Shown here: positions 45,560 to 57,431 of the stretch, one piece after another
Layout of the letters: every line of letters starts with the position of its first letter
How positions within the stretch are numbered: position 1 is the stretch's first letter
DNA from: Cladosporium halotolerans
Taxonomy: Eukaryota
Direction of reading: 5' to 3'
Assembly (NCBI RefSeq): GCF_011745625.1
Contig: NW_027191474.1
Location: 310,001-374,000, forward strand
Length of the DNA: 64,000 nucleotides
Position numbers and translations under genes: made by a program
The notes under the pieces: generated by a model
Databases searched by the model: none
Told to the model about the DNA's origin: nothing
The model's input: the letters and a program-made list of their open reading frames with translations, nothing else

Positions 45560-48234
45560 ATGCACCACATCGCTTCCCGCGCCGCCGATCTCCGAACCAT
45601 AATGCCACGACACGGCAACAACCCCAAAGACCTGACCATCAACCTCACGGCCGTCGACGACCGGCGTGTGCCCCGCGACCGTCCCATCAGCAGCCCCATA
45701 GCCCTCGAGGGCGTTGACCTGTCGTCCATTGACGGCGGAGTCGGCCTCACCTCCCTGCCGCCGCTACCGGCCTCGCCTCCTGCCTCCTCACCGACCTCGC
45801 GAAAACCCAGCGCCTCGAAAAGCATACTCGACACCCTCAAGACCCGCTCAAGAGAAGTTTCCCGCGAAAGATCCAGAGACCGAGCGCCCCAGAGCCTGGC
45901 AGACCGGGATCGCCAGGCCCGCCGCATGCAGGAACAGGAGGGACGCCTGCCCGAGAGCAGCAGCATGTCCAAGATATACCACCTGCGCAAGGCGCCTGGC
46001 AGCACACCCGAGCTCAGCTTGGTGGGTAGCGCGGAAAGCGTTGCCAAATCCCAAAATGAAAGTATGTATACTGTCTCTTTCACGTGCCAAAAACAATTGC
46101 GGTGAGGCTAGCAAGCACGCGCTTCGCGTCCTGGGAAGGACCGCAGCAAGCATTGCACGCGTTGGCCATGTGATCGTGGAGATCACATGCCATCACTACC
46201 TGCTTTGTGAAGAGCTCACTTTTAAGAGCTCACTTCTACAACTAAGGCACACTTCAGACTCACACTCTACCTCTGTCGTGTCACGTCTGCCGCTTGACCG
46301 CACGCCGCTTACGCTTTGACGAACGTTCACCAGAAGTAACTGCCTCGCTAACAAGTGTACGCACAGGCTCCGGCCAGCCAGAGTCGCGGCCGCCGCAACC
46401 TTCACCTCACCCCAGTGAAGATAGCACCACTTTCAAGAAGAAGGATAAGTCATTTCGCAATCCCCTCACCAGATCGCGTTCAATACGAAGCGAGTCGATC
46501 TCGAAAGGACGTAAACCGAGTGGCCTGTACCCACCTCCTCCAGATCAGCCACCCAACTCTGCGCCTCTAGAAGGAAGTTGGCAAAACGCTGAGATGGGTG
46601 CTCAAGGGAGTAAGACAAAGAGTAAAGACGTTCGCGGAAAGTCGGCCGACCGCGCGGTCTACGATGACAGTGACGAGAATGCCCCGACTCAGCACCGCCA
46701 CATGCAGTCGAAGGAGCAGCGTGAGAAGCCGAATGCATTTGTTTCCGGCAGCAAAAACGTTCTTGGCAAGGCCAAATCTGGCGGTGGAATGTTTCTGACC
46801 CGTCTAGGCAAACTGGGGAGGAGCAGCAGTAACAGCGAAAAAGAAGTGCCGGATGCCGACTACGTGCTCAAGGTGATCACCCTACCACTAGTTGAGCAGA
46901 CTAGGATTTCGAGGATCTCGAAAAGGATCGAAGCTTCCAAGGACAAGACAGAGTACTGGATGCCGAGTTTGCCTTGGCGATGCATTGAGTGAGCAATTTC
47001 CTCATTTCACGGTTCAACGAATTTCCAGCTAACTTTTCCCAGCTACCTCAACCTCAATTGCGAGTCTGAAGGCTTGTACCGCGTGCCCGGCAGCGGTCCG
47101 CAGGTCAAACATTGGCAGCGTCGATTTGATCAAGGTATGTCTTCTTGAATCCCATTTGGACAACTTAGCCTGACCGTGACTTCAGAACTTGATGTCGACC
47201 TTCTCTCCGAGCGAGAGCTCTACGACCCAAACACAATTGGCAGCATGCTCAAGACATGGCTGCGAGAACTTCCAAGCGAGATTTTTCCGCAAGAGCTCCA
47301 GCATTCCCTCGCTGTCGAGCTGCAAAAGGAAAACCCGAACTTCAACATGATGGGTCAGCCCGCCCCACAAAAGCTTCGCGACGTCCTGTCCGAGCTTCCG
47401 CCATTCAACTACTACCTTCTGTTCGCCATCACGTGCCATCTCAGCCTGCTTTTGTCGCACCAGGAGCGTAATCGCATGGACCTCAACAATCTTTCGATCT
47501 GCATTGGCCCTTGTCTGAATCTGGAGCGATGGTTGTTCAACTATCTCGTGGGAGACTGGCGCAACTGTTGGCAAGGATGTTGGACTGAGAAGCAGCAGCT
47601 TGACGAAGAAAAGCGCCTTGAAGATCCGGCCTACATGCCACCTCCACCCAGCAGCGGTGGCGCTACGATTCAGTCTTCGTCCTCTCGCGGGCTTGGTGAC
47701 GCCATGAACGCTCTCGACCTCGAGGAGCGGGCGGTGAGCAGCGGAGGCGAATCTGGTTCCAGCGGACGTAACAACAGCGTTCACGATCATCAGCCTCGTC
47801 AGAGCAATGACGTTCGCGCCAACCACGCACAGCACCACCCTCGTAATGCGAGCTTCTCCCGCAACACGCGCCCAAGCGCCGAGAACATGCGCGATGGCTC
47901 CGTCGGACGCGCAGGCAGTGGTCACCGCCAGCGGGAGAATTCCAAGCCGTCGACTTACGTCCCCGCTGGGTTGCACCACTCACAGCACCAACCGTCGCCG
48001 CATTCTTACAGTGGCAGCCAAGGAAGTGGCCACCGTGCTGCCCACATTTTGACGCAGCAGCAGGATCACCGCCGCCCGACAACCGCAGGCACTCGAGGCT
48101 CTCACGACACTCCACGCGATGGATCTGTGCCGGCTATGTCATCGACACCGCGAAGCGCCCGCGCGCACCACCGCAGCCAGAGCGACCTACCTTTTTCGCC
48201 CTCCCAAGGCTCCTTCCCGGATCACGTCCGCTGA
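45560..48234 (+). CDS. RhoGAP domain protein; multi-exon; start at 45560 or 45602
   Basis: WMPSLPWRCI, EGLYRVPGSG (arginine finger), IGSMLKTWLRELP, LPPFNYYLL...HL...NRMDLNNLSICIGP. Confidence 0.88.
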
Positions 48235-49137
48235 TCATCCTCTGACTGTGCCGGTGAACTACCCTGAAGAGCAATTATCGTCCGCAACCAGACCTCGCCG
48301 CAGGCTCTCGCCACTACATTCAGCGACGCGCTGGTCTTTCATTCACGTACTCATTCCTCGGATACCCAGAATTCTTGGCCTTTGTTTTCTGCTTTCTGCT
48401 TGAATTTTTTTTTTCCTTTTTTTTCCATTGGACAACAGGCGTAGTAGGCGCGCGGACCAGAGCGGAGCACGAGAGGCGTTTGCTCGAAACGGAGCGGGGG
48501 ACTTAAAAATGCTTTTTCTAGGCGGGCGCGTCGAGCGAAGTCGGAATGGATATCGACTGAGAATCACGACCTGCATTTCGGGGAGGCGGCAAGGACTTGG
48601 GAGGAAAGAGTGGAATGCAGGGACGAGAAGCACATCACTTTTGAACGGTTTTGGGAAGGGGGAAGAAAGGAAGGAAGGGGATTACTATTCGCGGAGTTTG
48701 TCGCGCTCGGCGCTTGATGTCGGGCTCTTCATTCAATGGGTCTGACGTCTTCGGGGCGCTGGGCGGGCGGGCGGGCTCTGCTTTTTGTATTATATAGGCT
48801 TTTTGAAAAGGATCGAGATTATGTTCATGGTTGTTGGGCGGTACGTTTCACTGGAGCGGAGCATGGAGCAAGAGTGTCTGATTTCTGGGGCGCGTGAGGT
48901 TACTCGCTGTGATGGATAAGGTGATTGACCTCTGTACGGAAACCGACGGCACCGCTAACACTCCGTGGCCTCTCTCACTGACAACAGCGCGCAGCAATCG
49001 GCAAGTTCGACGTTTGATGCGAGTGAAGTCCCATGAAGCGCGGCCTATAAATTTCTCCTTCCTCAAGAGACAGCTGCGAGCACCAAACCACCTGCTCGTG
49101 TCCGACAGATCGCTCAACTCGACTGCTCTTGGACATT

Positions 49138-49980
49138 ATGGCGGCCGCAGCGCTGCCTACCTCGAGGCCTAACTACATCCTGACTGGCATCGACAACTGG
49201 AATGGTTGGTATCCTGACTTCAAACCCGATGCGCGTGCAGACGACACTTGGTCGCTCTTCGACGGCACGGAGAGGACTCGCCCAAAGCCAGATGAAGATC
49301 ATGTTCGCGAGAGATTGAGGGCCAAACTCGCGGACTACGACGCCAAGTATCTCTCATCCGTTTCGATGCCGGACCCGAGTGGTCCTGCGGTCTTGCATCA
49401 GTTCTTTGTCACGCTTTACGTCTTCGCGAATTACTACGCTCGCTGCGAACACGAGTATGGGTACAGGCGCGCCTTCTGGGAGAAGCAGCGTGACTGGAGA
49501 GCGCAGAATGCACGTGTCCGCCGTGCGAACAAGATGCTCTACGACCGCATCCACCCATCTATGAGGGGAGCGATCGAGGATGTTCTAGATCCCGCTGAAG
49601 CCTTTCGCGAGTTGGAATTGAAGTTCAAGACGCCGGATAACCTCATCGTCCAACTCGCTCGTGGCAAGATCAACTCGTTGACGCTTTCGAAATGCAGCAA
49701 CATGGCCGCTTACTTGAACGAAATGCGTCAGAATGCGGCCGACCTCAGTCGACTCGGGCACGGAATGACTTCGGAGGAATATGTCACGGAGATCATCAAT
49801 GGGTTGTCGCCAGCTTATGACGACTGGGTCGAGCATTACAACGAGATCGCGTCCGATGCGAGGATCCCTACCCTCTCCGTTCAAGCCGTCGAAGCTCAGC
49901 TCATTGCGAGAGAACACATACTCGCACAGACCCTCGGGACCACCACCAAAGGCAAAGGCAAGGGGAGCTTCATCGAGTAA
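49138..49980 (+). mobile_element. Solo Ty1/Copia-type gag (UBN2/Retrotran_gag_2-like) ORF; intact, without pol or visible LTRs
   Basis: LTGIDNWNGW...W..FDG N-terminal gag pattern; AFRELELKF...MAAYLNEM...L..LG...EEYVTEIINGLSPAYDDWV capsid C-terminal pattern; TATAAA at 49046-49051. Confidence 0.7.
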
Positions 49981-50300
49981 ATAATAGCCGTGGATGCGGA
50001 TGACTGCCTCCATGACGACGCTCTCAGATATTATGGGACGAAAAGGTTCACTAGGAAGGCCCTCGTTGGCCAGAGGATGGAAGTGAGAAGTGGCCATGGT
50101 CGGAGCTCAACATTGTGAGCAATGGCGGAGAGTGTGTAAGCTCACCAATTATAACCGATGCGAAATCGCACTTGCCTGGAGTAAATTGCCATTGTGAGCG
50201 CAATGTATGAAACGTCTACTACAAAGCTTTTCTTGCGCCACTGACCCTCAAACTTGAGATATCAAATAACTCATGGTAATGTTTTGAACATTGATGAATC

Positions 50301-50897
50301 TCATGCAGCCACCCGCCACTCATCCCTCGTAACCTTGTATCGAACTTCACCTTCCTCGATACCCGCAGGAGGAGTGTCATATTTGTTGAAGAAAGTGTCG
50401 ACATGCTTCAGCCCACTGCCCGCCATGACTGCCCGAGAAGCTGAGTTGACAGTCATTGTTTCACCGATCACCTCATCCAGCTCCAGGTCCTGGAACGCAT
50501 GGCGAACCATCTCACGAGCCCCTTCCTTCGCGAAGCCTCGGCCCCAATACTTCGGCGACACTCGAAAGCCGTACTCGGTCTTGTTGGGGATCAAGCGCTC
50601 GGGGCCGTCTCCCTCAGATGCATCTGGCGCAGGGCAGGCGGCGAGTATCCACCAGCCGACGAAGTCTCCTTGCGAGAACCCGGCCCAGCATCCGAGCCCG
50701 GGCAGCTTTTGTGCGCTCTCCATGAGCCATGTGTGAACTTGGATGGCTTCGTCTTCTGTGAAAGGTCGGCCGAAGGCGACCGTCTTCATCACTTCGGGGT
50801 CCATGTCGAGCTTCATGGTGAACTCGCGATGCTCGGCGCGGAGCGGGACCAATTCCAGACGCGCGGTGCGTAGGGTCGCTTGGCCTTTGATGGTCAT
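50301..50897 (-). CDS. sidG: GNAT (RimJ/RimL-type) acetyltransferase; by context a fusarinine C acetyltransferase-like enzyme
   Basis: LRTARLELVP, EYGFRVSPKYWGRGFAKEG, TMTVNSASRAVM; adjacent to an esterase and an ABCB gene as in the Aspergillus fumigatus sidG-estB-abcB locus. Symbol assigned from context. Confidence 0.7.
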   Translation of the reverse strand: MTIKGQATLRTARLELVPLRAEHREFTMKLDMDPEVMKTVAFGRPFTEDEAIQVHTWLMESAQKLPGLGCWAGFSQGDFVGWWILAACPAPDASEGDGPERLIPNKTEYGFRVSPKYWGRGFAKEGAREMVRHAFQDLELDEVIGETMTVNSASRAVMAGSGLKHVDTFFNKYDTPPAGIEEGEVRYKVTRDEWRVAA

Positions 50898-51497
50898 GAT
50901 GGGCAGCAAAGGAAAGCTTGAGTATAATGTGAGCTCAGCTGTCGACGAGGAGAGATTGTAATCTATGGATCAGATATGGGAATCTGTCCTTCATATAGTA
51001 GCATGACTGCCGACACTGCCTTGTTGACATGGCAGGAACCGCTCCTGCCGATCACAGCGTGCCAACCACCCTGTACCCTCCTGGCAAGGTCTTGTCCGTC
51101 TTCAGCAGGCTCGGCAATGTCTGATAACTAGGTGAGATGACAATTCCTGCTGCGGTGCGTTAGCGAGTGTGACCTCAAGCAAGTCAAGTCTTGTACAGGG
51201 CAGGGTTACAGCGATACCAAGGCCCTAGGAGCTGCACCAAGGCCGGCTAATTGAAGCGTCGTCCTCGCCTCTGTTTGCTTAGCCCCACTGATTGATAACT
51301 CAGAGAATGCGCCAAGTGTCTTGTCGCTGGGTCGATATCAAGGGCAATCAGAGCGCCCCGATGTTCGGAAGCTATCACTGCGCATGTGAAAGAAACGATC
51401 AATTGGCTGACGTCCATGTAGGTGCTCGAAGACTTAGCGACTTTTGGAGTCATCTTTGTAGGGCAATAATACAAAAAGCTCTTAGTTACAGACTGGC

Positions 51498-52467
51498 CTA
51501 TGAGCGGGAAAAGGGCCAGTCTTCGAAGAATGCTGTCAAGCCGCGACTCAACGAGCACGGCATAACGCTTGTATGCTCCTCCTGATCGTAAGCGTTCGTG
51601 GAAGTACTATGCAGCTGTCTGCAATTCTTCACCATGCGGAAAAGGTCTTTTGCATTGTCCTCCATTCTCAAGTCCCTTGCGACCTGCTTCCTGGCTTCCC
51701 AGTGATCAAGAGGCTCGTTGCTCCACTGCGGCGGGTGCTGTTCAAAAGTTCCCCAGGACAGCATCAGCGAAGGAAGCTTACCATTAGAAGATGTGCCCTC
51801 GTTTGCCTTTGTTTTCTCTATGAATTCCTTGGCCTCATGCAAGACGCAGCGGCTGTTCCACCAAATTGATGGACTGCTGGCGATGTAAAAGTCGAAAGCA
51901 TTTGGGCGTGTGAAAAGCGCATGCAGAGCGAACAAGCCTCCGTACGAATGACCGTAAAGTGCTTCTCTGGAAACATTGATCATAGGCAGCCGTTCTTTGA
52001 CCGCCGATCTGACACGCCCCTCAATAAAATCAAGGAATTGATCTGCACCTCCGTACCCTTCGATCGGAGTAGCGCCAGAAGGCGTCAGATCGAGACTGCG
52101 CCTTTGCGCGTCGTACAGCTTTCCCTGCTGCAAAGGGTAGCCGACAGCAACGACGATGCCTCCTCCGGCGAAGTGCGAAGAGGCTGCGCGGCGCCATGCA
52201 ATCTCCGTTGCTGTGAGGAACAATGCATTGCCGTCGACGATATATCTGTCATTGAATAGTTGAGCAGTGATACAAATCGATCGAATCGAGAGCAACTTAC
52301 ATCACGGGTACTGGACTGCGCTCTGTCGTATGGATGTCTTGCCAATGCAGCGGCCACGATATTTGGATGAGATAATTTCTGTCCTGGTCTGACTTCAGGT
52401 AGAATTGCTCAGAGTTAGGAAGAGACACCGGCATGGCCTCCTCTGCAAGTTCCGTGGACGCACACAT
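51498..52467 (-). CDS. estB: Siderophore esterase (IroE/EstB-like alpha/beta hydrolase); intron 52246-52300
   Basis: YLIQISWP, YIVDGNALF, VVAVGYP, RSLDLTP, GGADQFLDFI, GHSYGG nucleophile, ASSPSIWW. Confidence 0.85.
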
Positions 52468-52748
52468 TGTGTCAAGAACAGGTCGAGAAGGTAACGGCAG
52501 TCAGTGCTTATTGGTCGCGTGCGAAACGGGAAAAAGAAGTGCAACATGAGAAGCAGGAAAATGGGTCTGCACGGAGGTAGAACCCAGACCGCACGCCGTA
52601 CCAGGAGGCCATGCTTTTCGCCATTGCCGATATGCAGCGTGCGGTTAGTCGCGCAGGTGTTGGGCTATGGAGGTTGCAGCCAAGGAAGACCAAGAAGCCC
52701 AAGTCCAAGCCCTGGCTCCACAGGGCCGTGCTGGCGGGCTGGGCGAGA

Positions 52749-52904
52749 ATCTGATAACCAAGATCTGATTAGCGTCCTCTGGCATGCCGTCACGGTGGGA
52801 GAAAAAAATGGCACGATTGCTGCGAGATCGGATGCCGAGTGTCCGTGGGAGAAGTGGCCGACCTCCGCGTGGTCTGATGGAAGTCCTAGGGGGGTTTATC
52901 AGAT
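52749..52904. promoter_or_regulatory. SreA-type iron-repression GATA boxes in the divergent esterase/ABC promoter
   Basis: ATCTGATAA at 52749-52757, ATCTGATTA at 52763-52771, and TTATCAGAT (reverse ATCTGATAA) at 52896-52904; match the ATCWGATAA consensus. Confidence 0.75.
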
Positions 52905-52986
52905 CTTGCCGGATCTCTCCAGGCCGTCCTCAGAACACGGCAGAAGCAGCTATTCGCGATGGCCATTGATCCAGGATGTGCTGCCG

Positions 52987-55900
52987 ATGCGAAAGCTCCA
53001 GGAAAAGCAAAGGCGAGTATCAAATACGATTTTCCATGGTTTTCAGGTCGACATCGGTAGGCTGACATGATTCCTCCCACAGCTGTGGCGTCGCGCGACG
53101 GCGTTTGCGCGTCTGCTGGTGTATGGCGGACCGTCTGTAGCAGACTTCACTATTCTGCTTACAGGGCTCGCCGCGGCGGTAGCTTCTGGAATTCCTTTCC
53201 CGATCATGTCAATTGTCTTCGGTCAGTTGGTCGACGGATTGAATTCTTCGACCTGCGAGTCGGCGTCGGCTTCGTCACCCCAGAATGACATCAATTCGAA
53301 GATCCTCCTCATCGTTTATGTCGGCATTGCTTATTTTGGCCTCATCTACATATACACTTTTTGCTGGAACCTTTCGGGCGAGCGGCTAGCTCAGCGACTG
53401 CGTGAAGGTTACTTTGGATCGATTCTACGACAAGATGCCGCCTTCTTCGATACCCTGCCTGCGGGTGAGGTCTCCTCCCGCATCACAGGCGATATCAGCA
53501 CCGTCCAACAGGGCACGAACGAGAAAGTCGGCATTGTGATTAACAGTGTCTCGTTTTTCATCGCTGCGTACGTCGTTGCATTCATCATGGATGCTAAGCT
53601 GGCAGGAATGCTGGTTTCTCTCACGCCTGCGTATCTCATCATGGCATTGGGCGGCGGCTACTTCGTACAGAAGTATTTCGGGCAGTCGATGGAGAGCACC
53701 GCAAAAGCGTCATCAGTCGCGCTGGAAGCCTTCTCCAACACTACCGTCGTTCATGCATTCTCGGCCAATGCTCGCCTTGAAGAGAGCTTCGTCCAGAAGC
53801 TTTCCCCAAGCTTGAAGGCCGGCGTACTCAAATCTGTTGCAATGGCAGTTCAAGCGGGCTTGTTGTACTTCATTGCGTTCTCCGCCAATGCTCTTGCCTT
53901 CTGGCAAGGCTCGAGACAGATTGCAGATGCCGTTGAGTCAGAGTCATCCGAGATCACCGTTGGAGCAGTCTTCACGGTTATTCTGATCCTAGTTGATGGC
54001 ATGTCACTGAATGCTCTCCGTTTTCCTCGATCATCCTACTGACCTGATCACAGCTTCTTTGATTTTGAGTCAAGCCGCCCCATTTCTGAGAAGTTTCGAT
54101 GCAGCCACTGTTGCGTTCGCCAAGCTCGAAAGTGACATGACACGGCCTTCTGCTATTGATGGCACTTCGACTGAAAGAGGGATCGATAAAAACGAATGCC
54201 AGGGAGATATCGAGCTCCGCAACGTTCGATTCACGTTCCCATCTCGTCCCGACAAACCTGTACTGGAAGACCTTTCCTTCACCTGCCCCGCTGGCCAGCA
54301 ATTGGCTATCGTTGGCCTGTCTGGCAGCGGCAAATCCACAGTGACCGGATTAATCGCTCGGCTCTACAACGCAGACCAGGGACAAGTCTTGTTAGATGGC
54401 CAAGATGTCAAAGACCTGAGTGTGCGGTCAGTCCGTGGGCACATCAGTCTCGTGCAACAAGAGCCATGCCTTCTGGCACGTTCTATCTTCGAGAACATCG
54501 CGCTTGGCCTTGTCAATTCTCCTAAGCATGTACACCTCCGTAACGCTCTCATGGAAGATTCTCTGGCTCAGGTTGCTGCAGCAGTGCGCGATGGCATAGA
54601 CCTTCGTAGCATTGCGGTAAGCTTTGACAACGATGTGCAAGAGATTGTCGACTTGGTTCTCGGTGCGGCTGCACTAGCCGATGCTTCCGGCTTCATCGAA
54701 CGTCTCGACGAGAACTACGGAACACTTGTTGGCAGCAAAGGCGGCCTCATCAGCGGAGGACAGAAGCAGCGAGTGTCCCTCGCCCGTGCGTTGATCAAAG
54801 ACCCTCGTATCCTCATCCTAGACGAAGCCACAGCATCCCTCGATTCTGCGTCAGAGTTGCGCATCCAAAGAGCTCTGGAGAAGATTGCGACTGGGCGCAC
54901 CGTGATCACCGTCGCCCACAGACTGTCGACAATCCGCAACGCAGACAAGATTGTCGTGATGCGTCAAGGAAGATTGGTCGAACAAGGTGCTCATCAAGAG
55001 CTGCTGGATGCCGATGGTGCCTACGCTGCACTCGTTCGTTTGCAGGGTCTCAACGTTAATGGAGACAATACGCAAAAGGAAGGCAGCGACACAGATTCAA
55101 TCTCGTCTAAATCTTCGACTCAAAAGGTTTCAGAAAAGTCTACGACGTTTGAGCTGCCGTCAGCCGCAGATGAGGATGAGGTAAACAGCGAAGCCAAAGA
55201 GAGCAACGTTGAAGCTTCTTCGAGACACGTGAAGGCGGAAGCGCGATCGATGGCCTCGACCGTACGATCGATGAGTGCGTTGTTCCGACCTTACTCATTC
55301 TCCATGGTCTTAGCAACGTTCGGAGCCATCATCATCGGTGGCACATACTGTGCTTCAGCAGCCATCTTCGGCAACGTCGTAGCCAAACTGAGCTATTGCG
55401 AGACCCCCGAAACGATTCGCCACGCAGGTGAGCTGTTTGGCCTGCTATTCTTCGTGCTGGCCATCGTTGAGTTCCTTGCCAACTTCGCCAGCTGGTCACT
55501 GTACGGCTGGATCGCAGAACAAGTCATCTACAAAGTGCGCGTGCTCTCACTGCGATCAGTCCTTGAGCAAGACCACACATGGCACGAGTCAAAGGATCGA
55601 AACCCATCATTGCTGCTCGGCCTGATCTCACAGGATAGCAATGCGCTGAACGGTCTCGCAGGGTCGGTCGTCTGCACAATCCTTTCGATCATCGTATCTT
55701 TGATCGCTACGATTACCATGACACACATCATCGCGTGGAAGATCGCACTCGTGTGTCTGTCCGTTGTGCCTCTTTTGCTCGGCGCTGGCTACATGCGAGT
55801 CACCACCGTGGCAGCTTTTGAGGAGAAGCACCTTGAGGCCTTCGCGAACTCTAACGCCATAACCATCGAAGCGATCAACTCAATCAAGACGCTGATGTGC

Positions 55901-57052
55901 TACTCGCTGGAGCATGAGGTCCTCGGCACATACCGTCGATCACTCCAAGAACCGATGCGTCAGGTCACCAAGCAAAGTGCGTGGGCTAATCTGTGGCTAG
56001 CAGTCGGCTACGGCTTAAGCAATTTCCTGTACGCCCTGGCATACTGGTGGGGATCTACTCGCATCATCGCAGGCGAATACACCCAGGCGCAGTTCTTCAT
56101 CGTGCAGCTCGCTCTCCTGGTCAGTTCACAGCTCTGGGGGCAGGCTTTCGCGCTCGCACCGGATGTATCTCGAGCACTGCAGGCCACGCGAAGATTGCTC
56201 AACGTGCTCGAGCTCGGCTCGACGAAGAATCTGTCGGCCAGCCTGGATCCTGTTTGGGACGTCGAAGCCTCTGCCCGCGTTAGCGAGAAGGCGCCTGCGA
56301 ACGCAGGTGGTGCAAGCATCTGCTTCAAAGACGTCAAGTTCTCGTACCCTGCCCGGCCTGATTCGCGCGTGCTTCATGGGCTGAGTCTGAGCATTCGGCC
56401 TGGGCAATTCGCTGCTCTCGTTGGCCCGAGTGGCGCTGGCAAATCGACTATCATCTCGTTGGTCGAACGTCTTTACTCGCCCGACTCTGGGAGCGTTGAG
56501 ATCAATGGCCGCGATCTCGCGTACGGAGACACCTCATTCCGCGACGAGATGGCATATGTGCCGCAACAGAGCGTCATCTTCAACGGCACCATTCGATACA
56601 ACCTGACTCTCGGCGCTCGTCCGGGACAGAAGATATCTGATGCGGACATGGAAGAAGCTTGCAAGCTCGCCAACATCCACGACGTGATAATGGAGATGCC
56701 CGGCGCGTACGATTGCGACTGCGGACCCAACGGCGACCGACTGTCGGGAGGTCAAAAGCAACGACTCGCGATCGCTCGTGCGCTCATCCGCAAGCCTCAA
56801 GTGTTGCTTCTCGACGAATCTACAAGCGCACTCGATGCGGAATCCGAGCGACTGCTCCAGGACGGCCTTGAAAAAGCAACGAAGCATATGACGGTCATTG
56901 CTATTGCCCACCGCTTGTACACCATCCGCAAAGCAGACGTCATCTTCTTGATTGAGAATGGGCAGTGTGTTGACCAAGGAACACACGCTGAGCTGGTCAA
57001 GCGTAGTGAGAGTTACCGGGTGAATGCTTTGAATCAGGCTGTCGACCAATGA
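52987..57052 (+). CDS. abcB: Full-length ABCB/MDR-type ABC transporter (AbcB-like); start uncertain; introns ~53017-53082 and GC-AG 53999-54053
   Basis: TMD-NBD-TMD-NBD; GLSGSGKST, ISGGQKQR, ILILDEATASLD; GPSGAGKST, LSGGQKQR, LLLDESTSALD. Symbol assigned from context. Confidence 0.88.
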
Positions 57053-57431
57053 TTCTGCTAAGGAGACGAGTTGTATGTAGCAGCGATAATGGGAATATTG
57101 CTTCGCCCATATGTGGCGTTCTATTCGTATTTAGCCCCCTGGACATCCTCTAGTAATTTTGTCGTGACCTGCTAAACCAAATGCTCGTGCGAAGATGGTG
57201 AACACAGTTATGCATACTGGCACCCTCGACGAACGACCCCGGGTCTGCCGGAGTTTCCATCACCCACTGATCCAGTGCGATCGATCAAATGGCCCATGAC
57301 AACGCTGTGCAACAGAACGCTGGCATATCGATGCTTCTCCACAATGGCCACATCAGCCCGTCCGATCCTAACTTACAAGCCATATCGTACATCTCTTTTC
57401 ATCCTGAACGCCGGCAAAACCATGTCTTAGA

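Noticed and set aside
44150..45560. Many overlapping ORFs and a (CCAGCG)n microsatellite (~45204-45226) in a GC-rich stretch
   Set aside because: Low-complexity GC-rich promoter/5' UTR between BET2 and RhoGAP; translations are Arg/Ala/Pro-rich without domain signal
48403..48424. Poly-T run resembling a terminator or retroposon tail
   Set aside because: Ordinary homopolymer in the RhoGAP 3' region; no target-site duplication or associated element seen
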